Shown: piece by piece, positions 10,224-21,343 of the stretch
Numbering within the stretch: position 1 is the stretch's first letter
How the letters are laid out: each line of letters starts with the position of its first letter
Virus record (IMG/VR): IMGVR_UViG_3300020045_004605
Span: 1 to 63,680 of that record
Direction: 5' to 3' (one strand)
Source of the DNA: a virus
Taxonomy: Duplodnaviria > Caudoviricetes
DNA: 63,680 bases
Made by a program: the position numbers and the translations under genes
Notes under the pieces: generated by a model
Told to the model about the DNA's origin: nothing
Seen by the model: the letters and a program-made list of their open reading frames with translations, nothing else
The model's database searches: none

Positions 10224-10551
10224 CGAGTGGGAGCAAGGTATTAGACCGAGTGGCGATAAAATAGGAGCTTACCGTGACCCTGAATACGCTATTTTTAAAG
10301 ATAACATTAACCCAAGAGCAAACGGTTACGTCGATTTATTATTGACACGTCAAACGGCAAATAGTTTATTTGTACACCGAGCAAGTCAACCGAGAGAATT
10401 TATATTCGGTATGAATGATAGATACAACTTAGTTGGTAAATATGGTTTAGATATTTTAGGGTTAAACCAAGAAACATTCGATAAAAGACAAGCGGACATT
10501 TACCGTTATACATTGATTTACATTATTAAAAAAGACTATAAAATTGCCTAA
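10099..10551 (+). CDS. Tail completion/neck-like protein
   Basis: ATG at 10099 (MSLSALEY...); VDLLLT and KYGLDILGL motifs. Confidence 0.55.
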   Translation: MSLSALEYQKRLQPLLNQSKLEQIVSEIVLSDNRNLKDEKVNEWEQGIRPSGDKIGAYRDPEYAIFKDNINPRANGYVDLLLTRQTANSLFVHRASQPREFIFGMNDRYNLVGKYGLDILGLNQETFDKRQADIYRYTLIYIIKKDYKIA

Positions 10552-11143
10552 GTATAATTCAGTTGAAACAATCCCAGCTTCAATATTCTTTAAAACGTTA
10601 AAGGATAAGAACTACCAAAACCTAAAGCCTAAACCAAAGGAAAAGGGATTGGAAGCGGTTTTTATGGCTATACACGATGATTTTTTTATAAAGTCAGATA
10701 ATCACGAAGCGAACGAGTATTTACGTCTAATTAAAGATATAGCGTTTTTAGAGTATAAAACAGCTAACTTAAAGCAAGCTTTACACTTTTACTTTTACAA
10801 TAAGACTACTGAGCAAATGCGGTTAGATTTTATTGAAGCTTTAAAAAAAGGATATGGTATTGTAATAAACAAAGAAGTACCGTTTATTGAAGAAGTGCAT
10901 AGAGTTTTAACAACCGAAATAGGGATTATAAATAACGATTTGTCAATAGCTAAAATAGAGTTTGAAGCGATGACAAAAAAGAGTGAAAGCAAAGGTTTTG
11001 ATTACTATGAACAAATAGGAGTTTTATCTACTGTTTTGACTGGTAATAGTTTGCTTAAGGAAGATATGACTTTAGCGGTTTATATCGCTTTAGAAAAAGA
11101 AGCGAAAAGAGTTTCAGAATTAAATAACAAAAAGAAAGTATAA
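10544..11143 (+). CDS. Tail assembly chaperone-like protein
   Basis: Helical 199 aa protein immediately before tape measure. Confidence 0.5.
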   Translation: MPKYNSVETIPASIFFKTLKDKNYQNLKPKPKEKGLEAVFMAIHDDFFIKSDNHEANEYLRLIKDIAFLEYKTANLKQALHFYFYNKTTEQMRLDFIEALKKGYGIVINKEVPFIEEVHRVLTTEIGIINNDLSIAKIEFEAMTKKSESKGFDYYEQIGVLSTVLTGNSLLKEDMTLAVYIALEKEAKRVSELNNKKKV

Positions 11144-13791
11144 TGTCGGAATTTCTGGAAATTTTAAGCCCCTCGGCTTTAAAAGATTTACAATCGTTAA
11201 ACAACGAACTTGTTAAGACTGTATCTAACGTAAAAGAAGTAAATTCTAATATGATAGGCGCTAAAACCCCGAGCGGTTCAGATAGTGCAATAAAGGCTTT
11301 AAATGCTGAATTAGCAAAGCAACAAGAGTTGTATGCAAAGGTACAAATACAATTAGAACGTTACGCACAAGCGCAGAATAGAACTAAGATAAGCAACAAC
11401 GCTTTAGAGAAGTCAAATATTGCTTTAGAAGCTTCTATTATAAGAAAAAACAAAGCTTTAGAGCGTGAAGAAGCTAAGCAATCTATATTGTCAAATGTTT
11501 ACCAAAAAACACAAAGGCAGTTAAACTTAGTAACGGCAGAATATAATAATTTATCGGCTAAAAAAGAACGCTATAACAACCTAACCGAGAATGAAGAAAA
11601 GAGATTAATAACTTTAACTAATGTAAGTAAAAAATACCAACTTACTTTACAAGGTATTGATACGGCAGTTGGAAAATACAGCCGTAATGTAGGTAACTAT
11701 GCAAGTGGGTTTAATCCTTTATCTAATGCAATAGGGCAAATAAGCCGAGAATTACCAAACTTTGGGCAGTCTATGCAAATAGGTATAATGTCTATTACCA
11801 ATAATATTGGTGCTTTACAAGATGCGGTTAAGGGTATTGTTGCGCAAAATGCAATACTTAAAGCAGAGGGACAAGCCACAAGAAGTGTAATGTCACAAAT
11901 CGGAGCTTCTATTTTATCTTTCAATACTTTATTATATGTAGGCGTTGCGGTCCTAAGTGCTTATGGTAAAGAAATAGGTATTTGGGTTGAAAGTTTATTT
12001 CAAGGCGATAAAGCCTTAAAAGATTTAACTGACAGACAAAAAGAATTTAACAACGCAAGATTGGGTGGGCGTAAAGATGCACAAGCTGAAATATTAGAGT
12101 TAAGAAAATATTTAGCGGTAGTAAATGACAAAAAATTAAGTTTAGAACAACAAAAAATAGCACAAAATGCTTTATTGAAACAATATCCATATTACATTAA
12201 AAGCGTTAAAGACGCGATGCTTATTGATGGTCAATATTCTAAAGGTGTAAATGATTTAATAACGGCTTTAGAGAAAAGAAAAGAAGTTGAAAAGAAGTCA
12301 GAATTAAACGTATTAAATAGACAAAAATTAATTGATTTAAGTGCCGAATTAGATGTTCAAAAACGATTAGAAGAACAAGCTCAATTAAGTATTAAAACTG
12401 GTGTGAAAAATGGAGCTACCGCAAGGACTTTAGCTATTTATTCCGATGATTTAAGAAAGGCACAAGAAAAAAGAATATTAATACAGAATCAAATAGATGC
12501 TATTACAAAGCAAACTATTAAAAATGATGAAGATATTATTAAACTAAAAAAAGAAACTATTGGTTTAGAATATCAAGAGGAAAAAGCAAGTAAATCAAAA
12601 GTAGCACAAAAGAAAAAAGAAGCCGAGCAATTAAAGCAATTTACAGAGGATTGGTTTCAGTCTGAAATATCAAAGTTAGAAGCTATTAGGGGTAAAGTTG
12701 CGGAAACAACGGAGGAATATGCTTCTTATACAAATCAAATCAATGTTCTTAGAATGTTATTAGAACAACTTCAAGGAAAAGAAGTGCCTGATACATTAAG
12801 AAAAGAGCAGTTAGAAGCACTTGACGAGGGCATTAAGAAAATGAAATCGTATGAGGAAACGGTTGTTAAAACAAAAGAGGAAACAGATGAGTTAAGAAAA
12901 TCAACAGACGAATGGATTGAATCTTTTCGTGATGGTTTTTTTGCCGATGCTGGTTTACCTACTTTGTTAAAAGCACTTAAAGGGGATATTAAAGATTTTG
13001 GAGTAAGTTTTACAGAAACATTTTTAGGTATAACACAAATAGCGCAAGAAGCGTTTGCGTTTATTACAGAAGCGAGTAACGCCAATTTTGCAAATGAATA
13101 CGCTAATTTAGAACGCCAAAGAGATATCGCTTTAGCTTTTGCGGGGGATAGTGCAAGCGCAAGAGCAGAGATAGAAGCCGAAGCCGAAAGACGTAGACGT
13201 GATATTCAAAAAAGAGAATTTCAAGCAAAGAAACAACAAGCGTTGTTTAATATCGCAGTTGATACGGCACAAGCAATAGTAGCCGCTTTGCCTAATATTC
13301 CTTTATCTATTACAATCGGTTTAATTGGAGCGGTTCAAGCGGGTGTTGTAGCTTCTCAACAAATGCCACAGTTTTGGAAAGGAACGGACAACGCTCCTGA
13401 AGGACTTGCATTAACACAAGAGCGAGGGCGTGAGATTATCACAGATAAATACGGGCGTATTAAAAGCACGGGTTCAGATAAAGGAGCGCAAGTAACTTAT
13501 CTTAATAAAGGCGATAAGGTATTGAACAACGAAAAGACTATGGACTTCTTAATGTTTAATAATGACTTAAATAGTATTTTAACGGGCAACGGGATAAGCG
13601 CCCCGAAAGTTGATGTAAGCAATAGTGGAATGACAGATAGTCAAGTTAACGCTATTGTAAGCGCAATTAAGACTAAGGAAACCGCAAACATAAGCATTGA
13701 TAAAAAAGGAATTAAGGATTACGTTACAAACGGTAGACAAATAACCGAACGAATGAATAATAGAGTTGAATTTAAAGGACGTAGTATCTAA
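11143..13791 (+). CDS. Tail tape measure protein
   Basis: 882 aa, coiled-coil, RNVGNYAS motif, C-terminal ERGRE region. Confidence 0.9.
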   Translation: MSEFLEILSPSALKDLQSLNNELVKTVSNVKEVNSNMIGAKTPSGSDSAIKALNAELAKQQELYAKVQIQLERYAQAQNRTKISNNALEKSNIALEASIIRKNKALEREEAKQSILSNVYQKTQRQLNLVTAEYNNLSAKKERYNNLTENEEKRLITLTNVSKKYQLTLQGIDTAVGKYSRNVGNYASGFNPLSNAIGQISRELPNFGQSMQIGIMSITNNIGALQDAVKGIVAQNAILKAEGQATRSVMSQIGASILSFNTLLYVGVAVLSAYGKEIGIWVESLFQGDKALKDLTDRQKEFNNARLGGRKDAQAEILELRKYLAVVNDKKLSLEQQKIAQNALLKQYPYYIKSVKDAMLIDGQYSKGVNDLITALEKRKEVEKKSELNVLNRQKLIDLSAELDVQKRLEEQAQLSIKTGVKNGATARTLAIYSDDLRKAQEKRILIQNQIDAITKQTIKNDEDIIKLKKETIGLEYQEEKASKSKVAQKKKEAEQLKQFTEDWFQSEISKLEAIRGKVAETTEEYASYTNQINVLRMLLEQLQGKEVPDTLRKEQLEALDEGIKKMKSYEETVVKTKEETDELRKSTDEWIESFRDGFFADAGLPTLLKALKGDIKDFGVSFTETFLGITQIAQEAFAFITEASNANFANEYANLERQRDIALAFAGDSASARAEIEAEAERRRRDIQKREFQAKKQQALFNIAVDTAQAIVAALPNIPLSITIGLIGAVQAGVVASQQMPQFWKGTDNAPEGLALTQERGREIITDKYGRIKSTGSDKGAQVTYLNKGDKVLNNEKTMDFLMFNNDLNSILTGNGISAPKVDVSNSGMTDSQVNAIVSAIKTKETANISIDKKGIKDYVTNGRQITERMNNRVEFKGRSI

Positions 13792-16451
13792 TGAACAACC
13801 CGAACGACATTAACGGTTTTAAGCATTACTTAATCTTTACAAGTTTAGGGCGTACTGACTTATACGAAATTTCAGAGCCTATTGGTTTTGATTCAGCTAA
13901 TTTTGTAGTCAAACAAGAGGGCAAACGTTACGCTCGTTCTATTTCTTACGGTGCTATTGATAAATTAACGTTTATCGATGCAGTAGGGGAACAAACAACC
14001 GAACCGAGAATTATTAATCCACAAGGCGATGAGTCATATTTTATGGATTACGGGTTGCAATGGTTATTATCTATTTATAAATATTACGGTTTTGAAAGTA
14101 AAGTTGAGTATGTACTTGAAAAAGACGGTGTTCAATTTAGTTTAGGTTCTTTAGACTTTACCGATAAAGACATTACCGATAATTTCTCATTTGTTAGTTG
14201 CAAACTAATCCAAAAGAATAAAGTAGCTAATTTAAAGCGTAGGTTGACCGATAAATTCAATGCCTTTAGTGATAAAAACGTAAACCAAGAAACAATTACA
14301 CCCGCCCCAACTATTGATTTTTTATTAAAGGCTACGCCATTAACGCTTCAAAGTAAATTTATATTAAGCGCAAGTAAAAATTTGATAGCTGGTTACTTTG
14401 GTAGTTATAACAATTTCTCAGCCCAAATAACAGAGTCTTTAATACCAAACACGTTAACATTTTTTGAGTTAGACCTCGCTTCTGCAACATTTGTACAGGC
14501 TTGTAATAATTTTAGAGTTATTTCTGCACAAAACGACCTATCGCAAGTTACTGTAAAAATGAACTCAAATATTACATTTAATTATTCTACTGATGGGGGA
14601 AATAGTTCATCAAAAGCGGGTTCTCAATTAATAGGTATTGTTTTTCAGCACCCTTTAACTATTGGGGATTTAGAACCAAGCATGATAAATGTTTTAACTG
14701 ATAAGTATTTTACTGGCACTACAGACCAAAGTTATACTTTCCCAACTGAAATGACATTTAATTTACCTGATATACCAAGAGGGTACTCTATGGCTTTGTT
14801 TTGGGATTACTCTTGGATGAGTGAGCATATTGACGAAACATATTGGGATGTTAGTAATTGTGATTTTGAAATACAAGCAACATCAACAGCTATTAATACA
14901 GTCGCTAAAGGTATGCGCTGGATTGACTTAATAAAACAAGCATCAAAATTCACAAATGCAATCCCAGTAAATGCGACATCTTTTGATTTAATTGGAGAGC
15001 ATTATAATAATGTGTGTTTTAATCGTGGAATGATTAGCCAAAGAGTGGATAGTTTTACCTTAGAAACTAAAAAAGCCTTTGAAAGTATAGAAGAGGTTAA
15101 TTGCGATTATGAACCCGATGAAGATAATATTTTTATTGGGCATCAAAGAGATTATTATACTAATGATGAAATAGGGGTTTTTAATATCATACCAAGCGAA
15201 GATTTTACTATTGATGAAAATGACAGATGCCAAATAAATAATTTTAAATACGCATATAAAACATTTGAACAAGACAGAACAAGTCAAGGAACAAGCAACG
15301 CAATTCATACAGATAGCGAATGGACTTTGTTAAATGATAATGTAGAGAATGTAAAAGATGTTAAGGTAGAGTTTGTTCGTGACCCTTTAGCAATACAAGC
15401 GGTTGTAAATTTAGAAATAACGCAACCAACAACATCAACAAATGAGGATGATAAGGTTTATATAACAAATATAACGCCATTGTCACCGAGTAGTTTTAAT
15501 GAGTTTGGCGCAAGGCTTTTAATGAGAATAGTAGATGGTAAGGTTGAGGTTTTAAATAGAGATAGTGAGGGAGATAGTGGCGATGTGGTTATAAACTGGT
15601 TAATATTAGGTTTCGGGGCTGGTGCTTCTTTTGAAATAACAAGCGGGGAGAACGTGGGGAACTATACAGTTTTCAGTATAACTAATTCAGTACTTACTTT
15701 AACCCCAGTAGCTTTTATGCCTACATTTGAGGGCGATGCTTTTATAGCTGTTAAATATTTTTATACTAATGTACTTTGGACATCAAGAACGACAGAGGGT
15801 TTTGTTTCTAATCCATTAAGACTTCAAAACGTTGCTTATTCTATTAAAAGAAATATGCTAAGGTTTGGGGAATATTTATCAAGTTGTTTGTTGTATTCAC
15901 GTAAAAATATATTTAATGCTTACTTTAAATCAAATGGTGCTTATGAAAGCCAATTAAATACCGAAATAGAGCCGTTAATAGAAAACGCAACAATTACATA
16001 CGAAAGCCTACCAAGTCCACTTACAACGGCTAAAATGTATAACTTAACTTGTGTTGCTGAATTTAACCAAGTTTTAGACTATTTAGAAGCGTACAAAGTA
16101 AGTAGGGGTTTTATTAGATGCTACGATAGCAATGGTAGGGTAATTAAAGGGTATGTACAAAGTTTAGACCATACTTGGACATCAAACGAGTTGAAATTAA
16201 CTTTAGAAGAACGTTTTGAAACGGAATATTTGATTTTGAATTATGCAGACGGTGTATTAACAGTTAACGATGCGCAGTATAATTTAGGCGGTGTTTCTAA
16301 TTGGTGGAGGTTTGATAACGATTATATTAAACTTTATGACGAAAATAATATACCAATATGCAATTATTATAAATATAATTTTGTAAATTTGGACGGCATA
16401 GTTTATGAAACGAAAGCGGAACTTATAGAAGCACTATTATTGTTGGGATAA
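13791..16451 (+). CDS. Tail tip/baseplate protein
   Basis: 886 aa after tape measure. Confidence 0.7.
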   Translation: MNNPNDINGFKHYLIFTSLGRTDLYEISEPIGFDSANFVVKQEGKRYARSISYGAIDKLTFIDAVGEQTTEPRIINPQGDESYFMDYGLQWLLSIYKYYGFESKVEYVLEKDGVQFSLGSLDFTDKDITDNFSFVSCKLIQKNKVANLKRRLTDKFNAFSDKNVNQETITPAPTIDFLLKATPLTLQSKFILSASKNLIAGYFGSYNNFSAQITESLIPNTLTFFELDLASATFVQACNNFRVISAQNDLSQVTVKMNSNITFNYSTDGGNSSSKAGSQLIGIVFQHPLTIGDLEPSMINVLTDKYFTGTTDQSYTFPTEMTFNLPDIPRGYSMALFWDYSWMSEHIDETYWDVSNCDFEIQATSTAINTVAKGMRWIDLIKQASKFTNAIPVNATSFDLIGEHYNNVCFNRGMISQRVDSFTLETKKAFESIEEVNCDYEPDEDNIFIGHQRDYYTNDEIGVFNIIPSEDFTIDENDRCQINNFKYAYKTFEQDRTSQGTSNAIHTDSEWTLLNDNVENVKDVKVEFVRDPLAIQAVVNLEITQPTTSTNEDDKVYITNITPLSPSSFNEFGARLLMRIVDGKVEVLNRDSEGDSGDVVINWLILGFGAGASFEITSGENVGNYTVFSITNSVLTLTPVAFMPTFEGDAFIAVKYFYTNVLWTSRTTEGFVSNPLRLQNVAYSIKRNMLRFGEYLSSCLLYSRKNIFNAYFKSNGAYESQLNTEIEPLIENATITYESLPSPLTTAKMYNLTCVAEFNQVLDYLEAYKVSRGFIRCYDSNGRVIKGYVQSLDHTWTSNELKLTLEERFETEYLILNYADGVLTVNDAQYNLGGVSNWWRFDNDYIKLYDENNIPICNYYKYNFVNLDGIVYETKAELIEALLLLG

Positions 16452-16458
16452 CAAAGAT

Positions 16459-17619
16459 ATGACAGACTTTTCATTTATAAGATTAACTAAGAATGATTTT
16501 GCTTTAGCGAAACAAGCCGACAACCCTAATATAGCCACTTTGTTATATAATGGGTTTATTGTTATGCAACCAAATGAAACCTTTTTACAGATTAGCGCAA
16601 GCGATACACATATTGCTTTCGTTGGTGGAATACAAGTTGATTTAATCGACTGTAACGGTTTAGTTATTCAAAATATTGATAGTAATTTCTATTACGAGGG
16701 TTTTGTTGATGCAAACGGAATAAGCCAAATAGCTTTTGAGTTTGGTAATATCGGTGTAGATTATTGGACTAAGCCACTATATTTAAAAATTACCGATTTA
16801 GTAAATGATAATATTTACTTTTCAAATGGATTTTTAGTAACTAACTACCAAAGCGATTTAACAACTCGATTCGATTACACCAACGCTACAAAGATTTACG
16901 GGATAAGCTACGATTTAGCACCTTACACGCAATCGGTTAGATTATCGGGGTGTTATGATTATACACCTACAAATAAACGTGATGTAAAACAGTATGTAAC
17001 ATCTCAGGGTAAACAAGTCAATTATCGAAGTATAACTACTTTTTTAAGACAGTATAAAATCGATTCTTTAGACTACTTTGTTAACGATAGATTAGAAGTA
17101 TTATTTAGTCACGGTGCAATATATTGCAATAATCAAAGAGTTGTGGTAAGTGATTATAGTGTTGATGAGCGCAAAGGACTCAGTAACTTATTAAACGGGG
17201 AATTTACTATTAACCCACAAGGGCAGTCTTTTTCTTTTGCTTATCAATTATACGAGGGATTAGAAGTCGTTAGTAGACTACCTTTACATTTAGGCACTTA
17301 TACTGTAGCGAGTTTACCAGCGATTGAATTAACTTTTAATAGAAACATTACTTTAGTTGATGGGTTTGTAATTAAGTTGTATAAAGGCGGTGTTTTACAA
17401 ACTATTAACCCAACAACCTACACACCAACACTAAACGTTTTAAACATCACGCCTACTTATATATTTACAAATGGTGGTTACTCAATAGTAATTGAACCTA
17501 ATTTGGTTTACAACGGTTTAGATTATTGGCAAGGCTTCGGAGCAACCGAATGGACTTTTGATATAATCGATGGTGAATACAACAACACTCAATATAACAA
17601 TGAATATTTATTAAATTAA
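16459..17619 (+). CDS. Tail protein with C-terminal Ig-like domain
   Basis: IELTFNRNI...LNITPT...YSIVI...WTF pattern of bacterial Ig-like domains. Confidence 0.6.
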   Translation: MTDFSFIRLTKNDFALAKQADNPNIATLLYNGFIVMQPNETFLQISASDTHIAFVGGIQVDLIDCNGLVIQNIDSNFYYEGFVDANGISQIAFEFGNIGVDYWTKPLYLKITDLVNDNIYFSNGFLVTNYQSDLTTRFDYTNATKIYGISYDLAPYTQSVRLSGCYDYTPTNKRDVKQYVTSQGKQVNYRSITTFLRQYKIDSLDYFVNDRLEVLFSHGAIYCNNQRVVVSDYSVDERKGLSNLLNGEFTINPQGQSFSFAYQLYEGLEVVSRLPLHLGTYTVASLPAIELTFNRNITLVDGFVIKLYKGGVLQTINPTTYTPTLNVLNITPTYIFTNGGYSIVIEPNLVYNGLDYWQGFGATEWTFDIIDGEYNNTQYNNEYLLN

Positions 17620-17622
17620 GAT

Positions 17623-18075
17623 ATGGCAACAAAAACGGAAATATTAGCAACAATAAACGGTTTTATAACAGCCGTGATAACACAAGCAAAACATCGTAGT
17701 TCGATGTCAACAATTGTAGATGAACTTTACCCTACTGTAGTAACTGATAGTCAGTCAAGCGAAACATACACAACAAAAGCTGGTGCAAATCTTAACTATT
17801 CGATTACGTTACATAAAAGCGGTAATCAGATTTTAGTAAAAGGAACGATTACCAACAATACTACTTTAGCTTTAGACCCTCAAAATGTATTCACTTGGAA
17901 AGATACGGCTTTTAGACCTAAATCGGGAGATAACGATTTTACATTCAGGGCGATATTCGGAACTGGGGGAAATATTAACTTATTTATTAATAATAGTGTA
18001 TTAGCACTTACTTCATCAATACCCGCTTTAGGGAGTTATTCTTTTGATTATAAATTTTATATAGCACAAAATTAA
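17623..18075 (+). CDS. Tail-associated protein
   Basis: 150 aa in tail cluster. Confidence 0.6.
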   Translation: MATKTEILATINGFITAVITQAKHRSSMSTIVDELYPTVVTDSQSSETYTTKAGANLNYSITLHKSGNQILVKGTITNNTTLALDPQNVFTWKDTAFRPKSGDNDFTFRAIFGTGGNINLFINNSVLALTSSIPALGSYSFDYKFYIAQN

Positions 18076-18080
18076 AAATT

Positions 18081-18896
18081 ATGGCAACTACAATAAACGC
18101 AATATTAGCAGATATTTACGACCTAAGATATGGGGAGAATGTTTTAAATAAAAACCTAACTTTCTATAAGGCTTTTTCGGCGAATGTAGTAAGTGGAACG
18201 GGTTTAGCAAACGCGAGTTCAGATTTTACATTTTCAAACGGAAGAAGTTTATTTGTAAATAATCTATCTAACTCGGATACTTTGGCAATCAACTCAGGCG
18301 GTACGTTTTGGGAATCAGATATAAGTTCGTATAGGTCAAATCAAAATAGTGTTTTTCAGTTTTCAATATACAATAGTTCAGGAATATCAATAACAGGGCG
18401 TTTTAGATTGTTTTCTTTAGCGTTGGAGATATACACCGTTGAGTTTGAAGTATCGGACACGGGTAAATTTATAACCTTTTATCAAAATGTAACCATTCCA
18501 AATGGAACTTTTGATATTGTTTTTGAATTAGACAGCGACGCAATAAACTTTAACGAGTGTTATATTAGTGGTATAAAATTAGAATACGACCAAAACCAAA
18601 CTTACACACCTACAATTTATAGTGGATATATCCCTATTGAATTAGAAGAAACCCAAACAATAGACCTGCCAAGTATTGCGAGTTTAGCAACGCAAACGCA
18701 AACGGCAACTTTAACAGGCGCAGAAGTTGGAGATTATGTTCAAATGACTTATCCACCAGCCTTAATCACTTCGGGGTTAGTTGTTGGTTTTCCAATTGTT
18801 ACAGCTACTGATACAATAAGTTTTATTGTATATAATCCAACAGTAGGGGCGGTTGACCCCGCAAGTGCTAATTACACATTTAAAATCGTTAAATAA
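18081..18896 (+). CDS. Tail-associated protein (carbohydrate-binding-like)
   Basis: 271 aa beta-rich; C-terminal TGAEVGDYV...NPT..AVDPAS. Confidence 0.55.
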   Translation: MATTINAILADIYDLRYGENVLNKNLTFYKAFSANVVSGTGLANASSDFTFSNGRSLFVNNLSNSDTLAINSGGTFWESDISSYRSNQNSVFQFSIYNSSGISITGRFRLFSLALEIYTVEFEVSDTGKFITFYQNVTIPNGTFDIVFELDSDAINFNECYISGIKLEYDQNQTYTPTIYSGYIPIELEETQTIDLPSIASLATQTQTATLTGAEVGDYVQMTYPPALITSGLVVGFPIVTATDTISFIVYNPTVGAVDPASANYTFKIVK

Positions 18897-20584
18897 TGGC
18901 TATATTTTATATCATAAAAAGAGCGAGCGGATGGTGGCACTTATTCAATAACGGAAGTAAAGAAGTTAATATAAGCGACTTTCAAGCGGTTTTAGACGGT
19001 GTTAATCAAACTTTTATTATACAGAATTTAAACGGTGCAAACACGCCACAAATACCAGTTAGTATTTTAGATATAATCGTAATAGACGAAACCGATGCGA
19101 GTACAGAAGAAACATTTGCAAATGTAGAGTTATTAAAAGTTAGATTAACGGCTTTAGGGTATACGCCTTATTTGGGTGCTGGCAACGCTGATGCTATAAC
19201 TGGATTAATACAAGAGGGGACAAACATAACAATTACTGGTAGCGGTACTTTAGCAGACCCTTATATTATAAATTCAAGTGGCGGTGGTGCAACCCCCGAC
19301 CTTGAGGCTGTTTTAGGTGTTGGCGGTAGAGGAATAAAAATTGTAGATGTTGAAAGTGCCGAGACATTCAACTATAACTTTGAGTTAGAGGATAAAGGAA
19401 AATTATTGTACTTTGTAAACGATACAGAATTAACGGGAGCAACATTAACCGTTATTGCAGATTTATTTGAATTAGGAGACGAGTTGCAATTTTTCATAAA
19501 CGAATCTAATACTTTTGAATTAATAACACCAAGCTCAAGTCCGTTCCCTTTGCTTGGGATTCAAAGATATTCAGCAGTTAAAATTAATGATGGCGATGAT
19601 TTTCTTGCGAGATTTCAACTTTATCAAATGCCCTCGGGTGTCGCAACAAATCTGTCATATACTGCAAGTCCTACCGATGGAAAAGTAAACAGCGATACGG
19701 GAACTGATGCAACTTTACCCTTAGCCGATGCTACTAACGCAGGTCTTTTAAAACCCGATAAATACTCTGTTTTAGAAAATACAAGCGGAACGAATACTGG
19801 GGATAATTCAGCAAACACAAATAGTAATGCCTATGCCGATGCAAAAGTAACAAACGTAATCACAAATGGCGTAACGGACAAAGCACCAAGCGAAGATGCT
19901 GTATTTGATGCCTTAGCCTTAAAAGCCGATTTAGCATCGCCAACTTTTACAGGAACGCCTAACGCTCCAACACAATCAGCAAACGATAACACTACTAAAA
20001 TAGCTACAACTGCTTATGCAGATGCAAAAGTAGCTAACGCAATAACCGATGGCGTTACTACTATTGCGCCAAGTCAAAATGCTGTTTTTGATGCATTGGC
20101 AAAAATAGAAAATTTTATTTATTCAAAATCAGGAGGTAGTTATGGCACACACACGGGCAATACTACTGAAACGGTATTATTATCTATAGATATTAATGCA
20201 GGCGAATTTGTAGAAGGTGATTTGATGAGTTTTATGGCAACTGTTAATAAAACTGGAACGGCAGGAACATACCAAATTAGATTTAGAGCAGGAACAACCG
20301 GAACAATTGCAGACGCTTTAATAGCTACTGGTGTTAACTCTGCAAATACAGACCTAACGGCATCAAATAAAAGAGAAAGAATGCAGTTCCTGAGTGGAAA
20401 TATATTAGCAGGGATTAGAAATGTATCTGCGCTAACTACAGACGTTACTACAGCTTCGGTATACACACAAACATCATTAACCTATTCGAGTGCTTGGAAA
20501 TTCACTATTACTGGTCAATTAGGTAGTGGGGCGGATAGCATTACTCTTAATCAATATAGAATAGGAAAAACAAAAACTTTTTAA
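18896..20584 (+). CDS. Tail fibre protein
   Basis: KADLASPTFTGTPNAPT...TTKIATTAY fibre motif; two internal AYADAKV...APS..AVFDAL repeats. Confidence 0.85.
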   Translation: MAIFYIIKRASGWWHLFNNGSKEVNISDFQAVLDGVNQTFIIQNLNGANTPQIPVSILDIIVIDETDASTEETFANVELLKVRLTALGYTPYLGAGNADAITGLIQEGTNITITGSGTLADPYIINSSGGGATPDLEAVLGVGGRGIKIVDVESAETFNYNFELEDKGKLLYFVNDTELTGATLTVIADLFELGDELQFFINESNTFELITPSSSPFPLLGIQRYSAVKINDGDDFLARFQLYQMPSGVATNLSYTASPTDGKVNSDTGTDATLPLADATNAGLLKPDKYSVLENTSGTNTGDNSANTNSNAYADAKVTNVITNGVTDKAPSEDAVFDALALKADLASPTFTGTPNAPTQSANDNTTKIATTAYADAKVANAITDGVTTIAPSQNAVFDALAKIENFIYSKSGGSYGTHTGNTTETVLLSIDINAGEFVEGDLMSFMATVNKTGTAGTYQIRFRAGTTGTIADALIATGVNSANTDLTASNKRERMQFLSGNILAGIRNVSALTTDVTTASVYTQTSLTYSSAWKFTITGQLGSGADSITLNQYRIGKTKTF

Positions 20585-20839
20585 ATGAAAAATTCACTTC
20601 ACGTAATAATCGGCTTTATAGCAATGTTTTTAATCGGTTGGCTAACGGGATTTAACACTTATACTGACGACGCTAAATTAATTGGAGCGCCTTTACTTTC
20701 AATATTCTTAGGAAGTGTAATTGGATTTTGTTGGGAGTTATACCATTGGGTAAAAGTCGGTGCTTATATGGATAGAAACGACATCATTAGAACGGCAATA
20801 GGATTTTTAATTGGTGGTATTATAGCAACTTTAATATGA
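20585..20839 (+). CDS. Small membrane protein
   Basis: Three hydrophobic segments. Confidence 0.7.
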   Translation: MKNSLHVIIGFIAMFLIGWLTGFNTYTDDAKLIGAPLLSIFLGSVIGFCWELYHWVKVGAYMDRNDIIRTAIGFLIGGIIATLI

Positions 20840-21228
20840 AAAAACTAATCTTAGCCGTTTTAACGGTGTTTTTAATCGGATGCTCAAGTGAAAGTGTTGA
20901 AGTGGAAAATAAGACGGCAAATGCAACAGAATCTATTGTACAACCCGTTTATAATATGAACGGTCTTTATAATAAGATAAAAAACAAGCATTACGTAAAT
21001 ATTCAATGGTTAACGCCTTACGGATTTCCTTATCCTACAATTACACCGCATTACGTTACTATTAAAATGGATGGCGTTATAGTCGCAAATAACTATACCG
21101 AAACATACAATCGCTTTAGTATTCAAGTTTCGGCAAATTGGCAACAATCCACTTTTGAAGTAACACAAACATTAATAGGCGTTGGAGTTTCACAACCTAC
21201 TTATATAACAGTTTATAAATACAATTAA
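20836..21228 (+). CDS. Putative lipoprotein
   Basis: MKKLILAVLTVFLIGC lipobox; similar to 47901-48203. Confidence 0.7.
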   Translation: MKKLILAVLTVFLIGCSSESVEVENKTANATESIVQPVYNMNGLYNKIKNKHYVNIQWLTPYGFPYPTITPHYVTIKMDGVIVANNYTETYNRFSIQVSANWQQSTFEVTQTLIGVGVSQPTYITVYKYN

Positions 21229-21229
21229 A

Positions 21230-21343
21230 ATGACAGAAGAACAATTAAGAGTAATCGATGAGTGCTATGCATTATTAGCGGATGTAGATTTAAACGGATG
21301 CGTTATTGCTATTCCCGTTGGTACACCAAGACCCCCTAAGTAG
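21230..21343 (+). CDS. Conserved 37-aa peptide of the lysis cluster
   Basis: MTEEQLRVIDECYALLADVDLNGCVIAIPVGTPRPPK; orthologue at 56228-56341. Confidence 0.7.
   Translation: MTEEQLRVIDECYALLADVDLNGCVIAIPVGTPRPPK

Noticed and set aside
4767-20466. Minus-strand ORFs within phage A structural genes (e.g. 4767, 6093, 6365, 7208, 8870, 9615, 10795, 11697, 12771, 15060, 19624, 20140)
   Set aside because: Antisense shadows of well-supported genes.
18896-20584. Diversity-generating retroelement targeting tail fibres
   Set aside because: No reverse transcriptase and no TR/VR pair seen.
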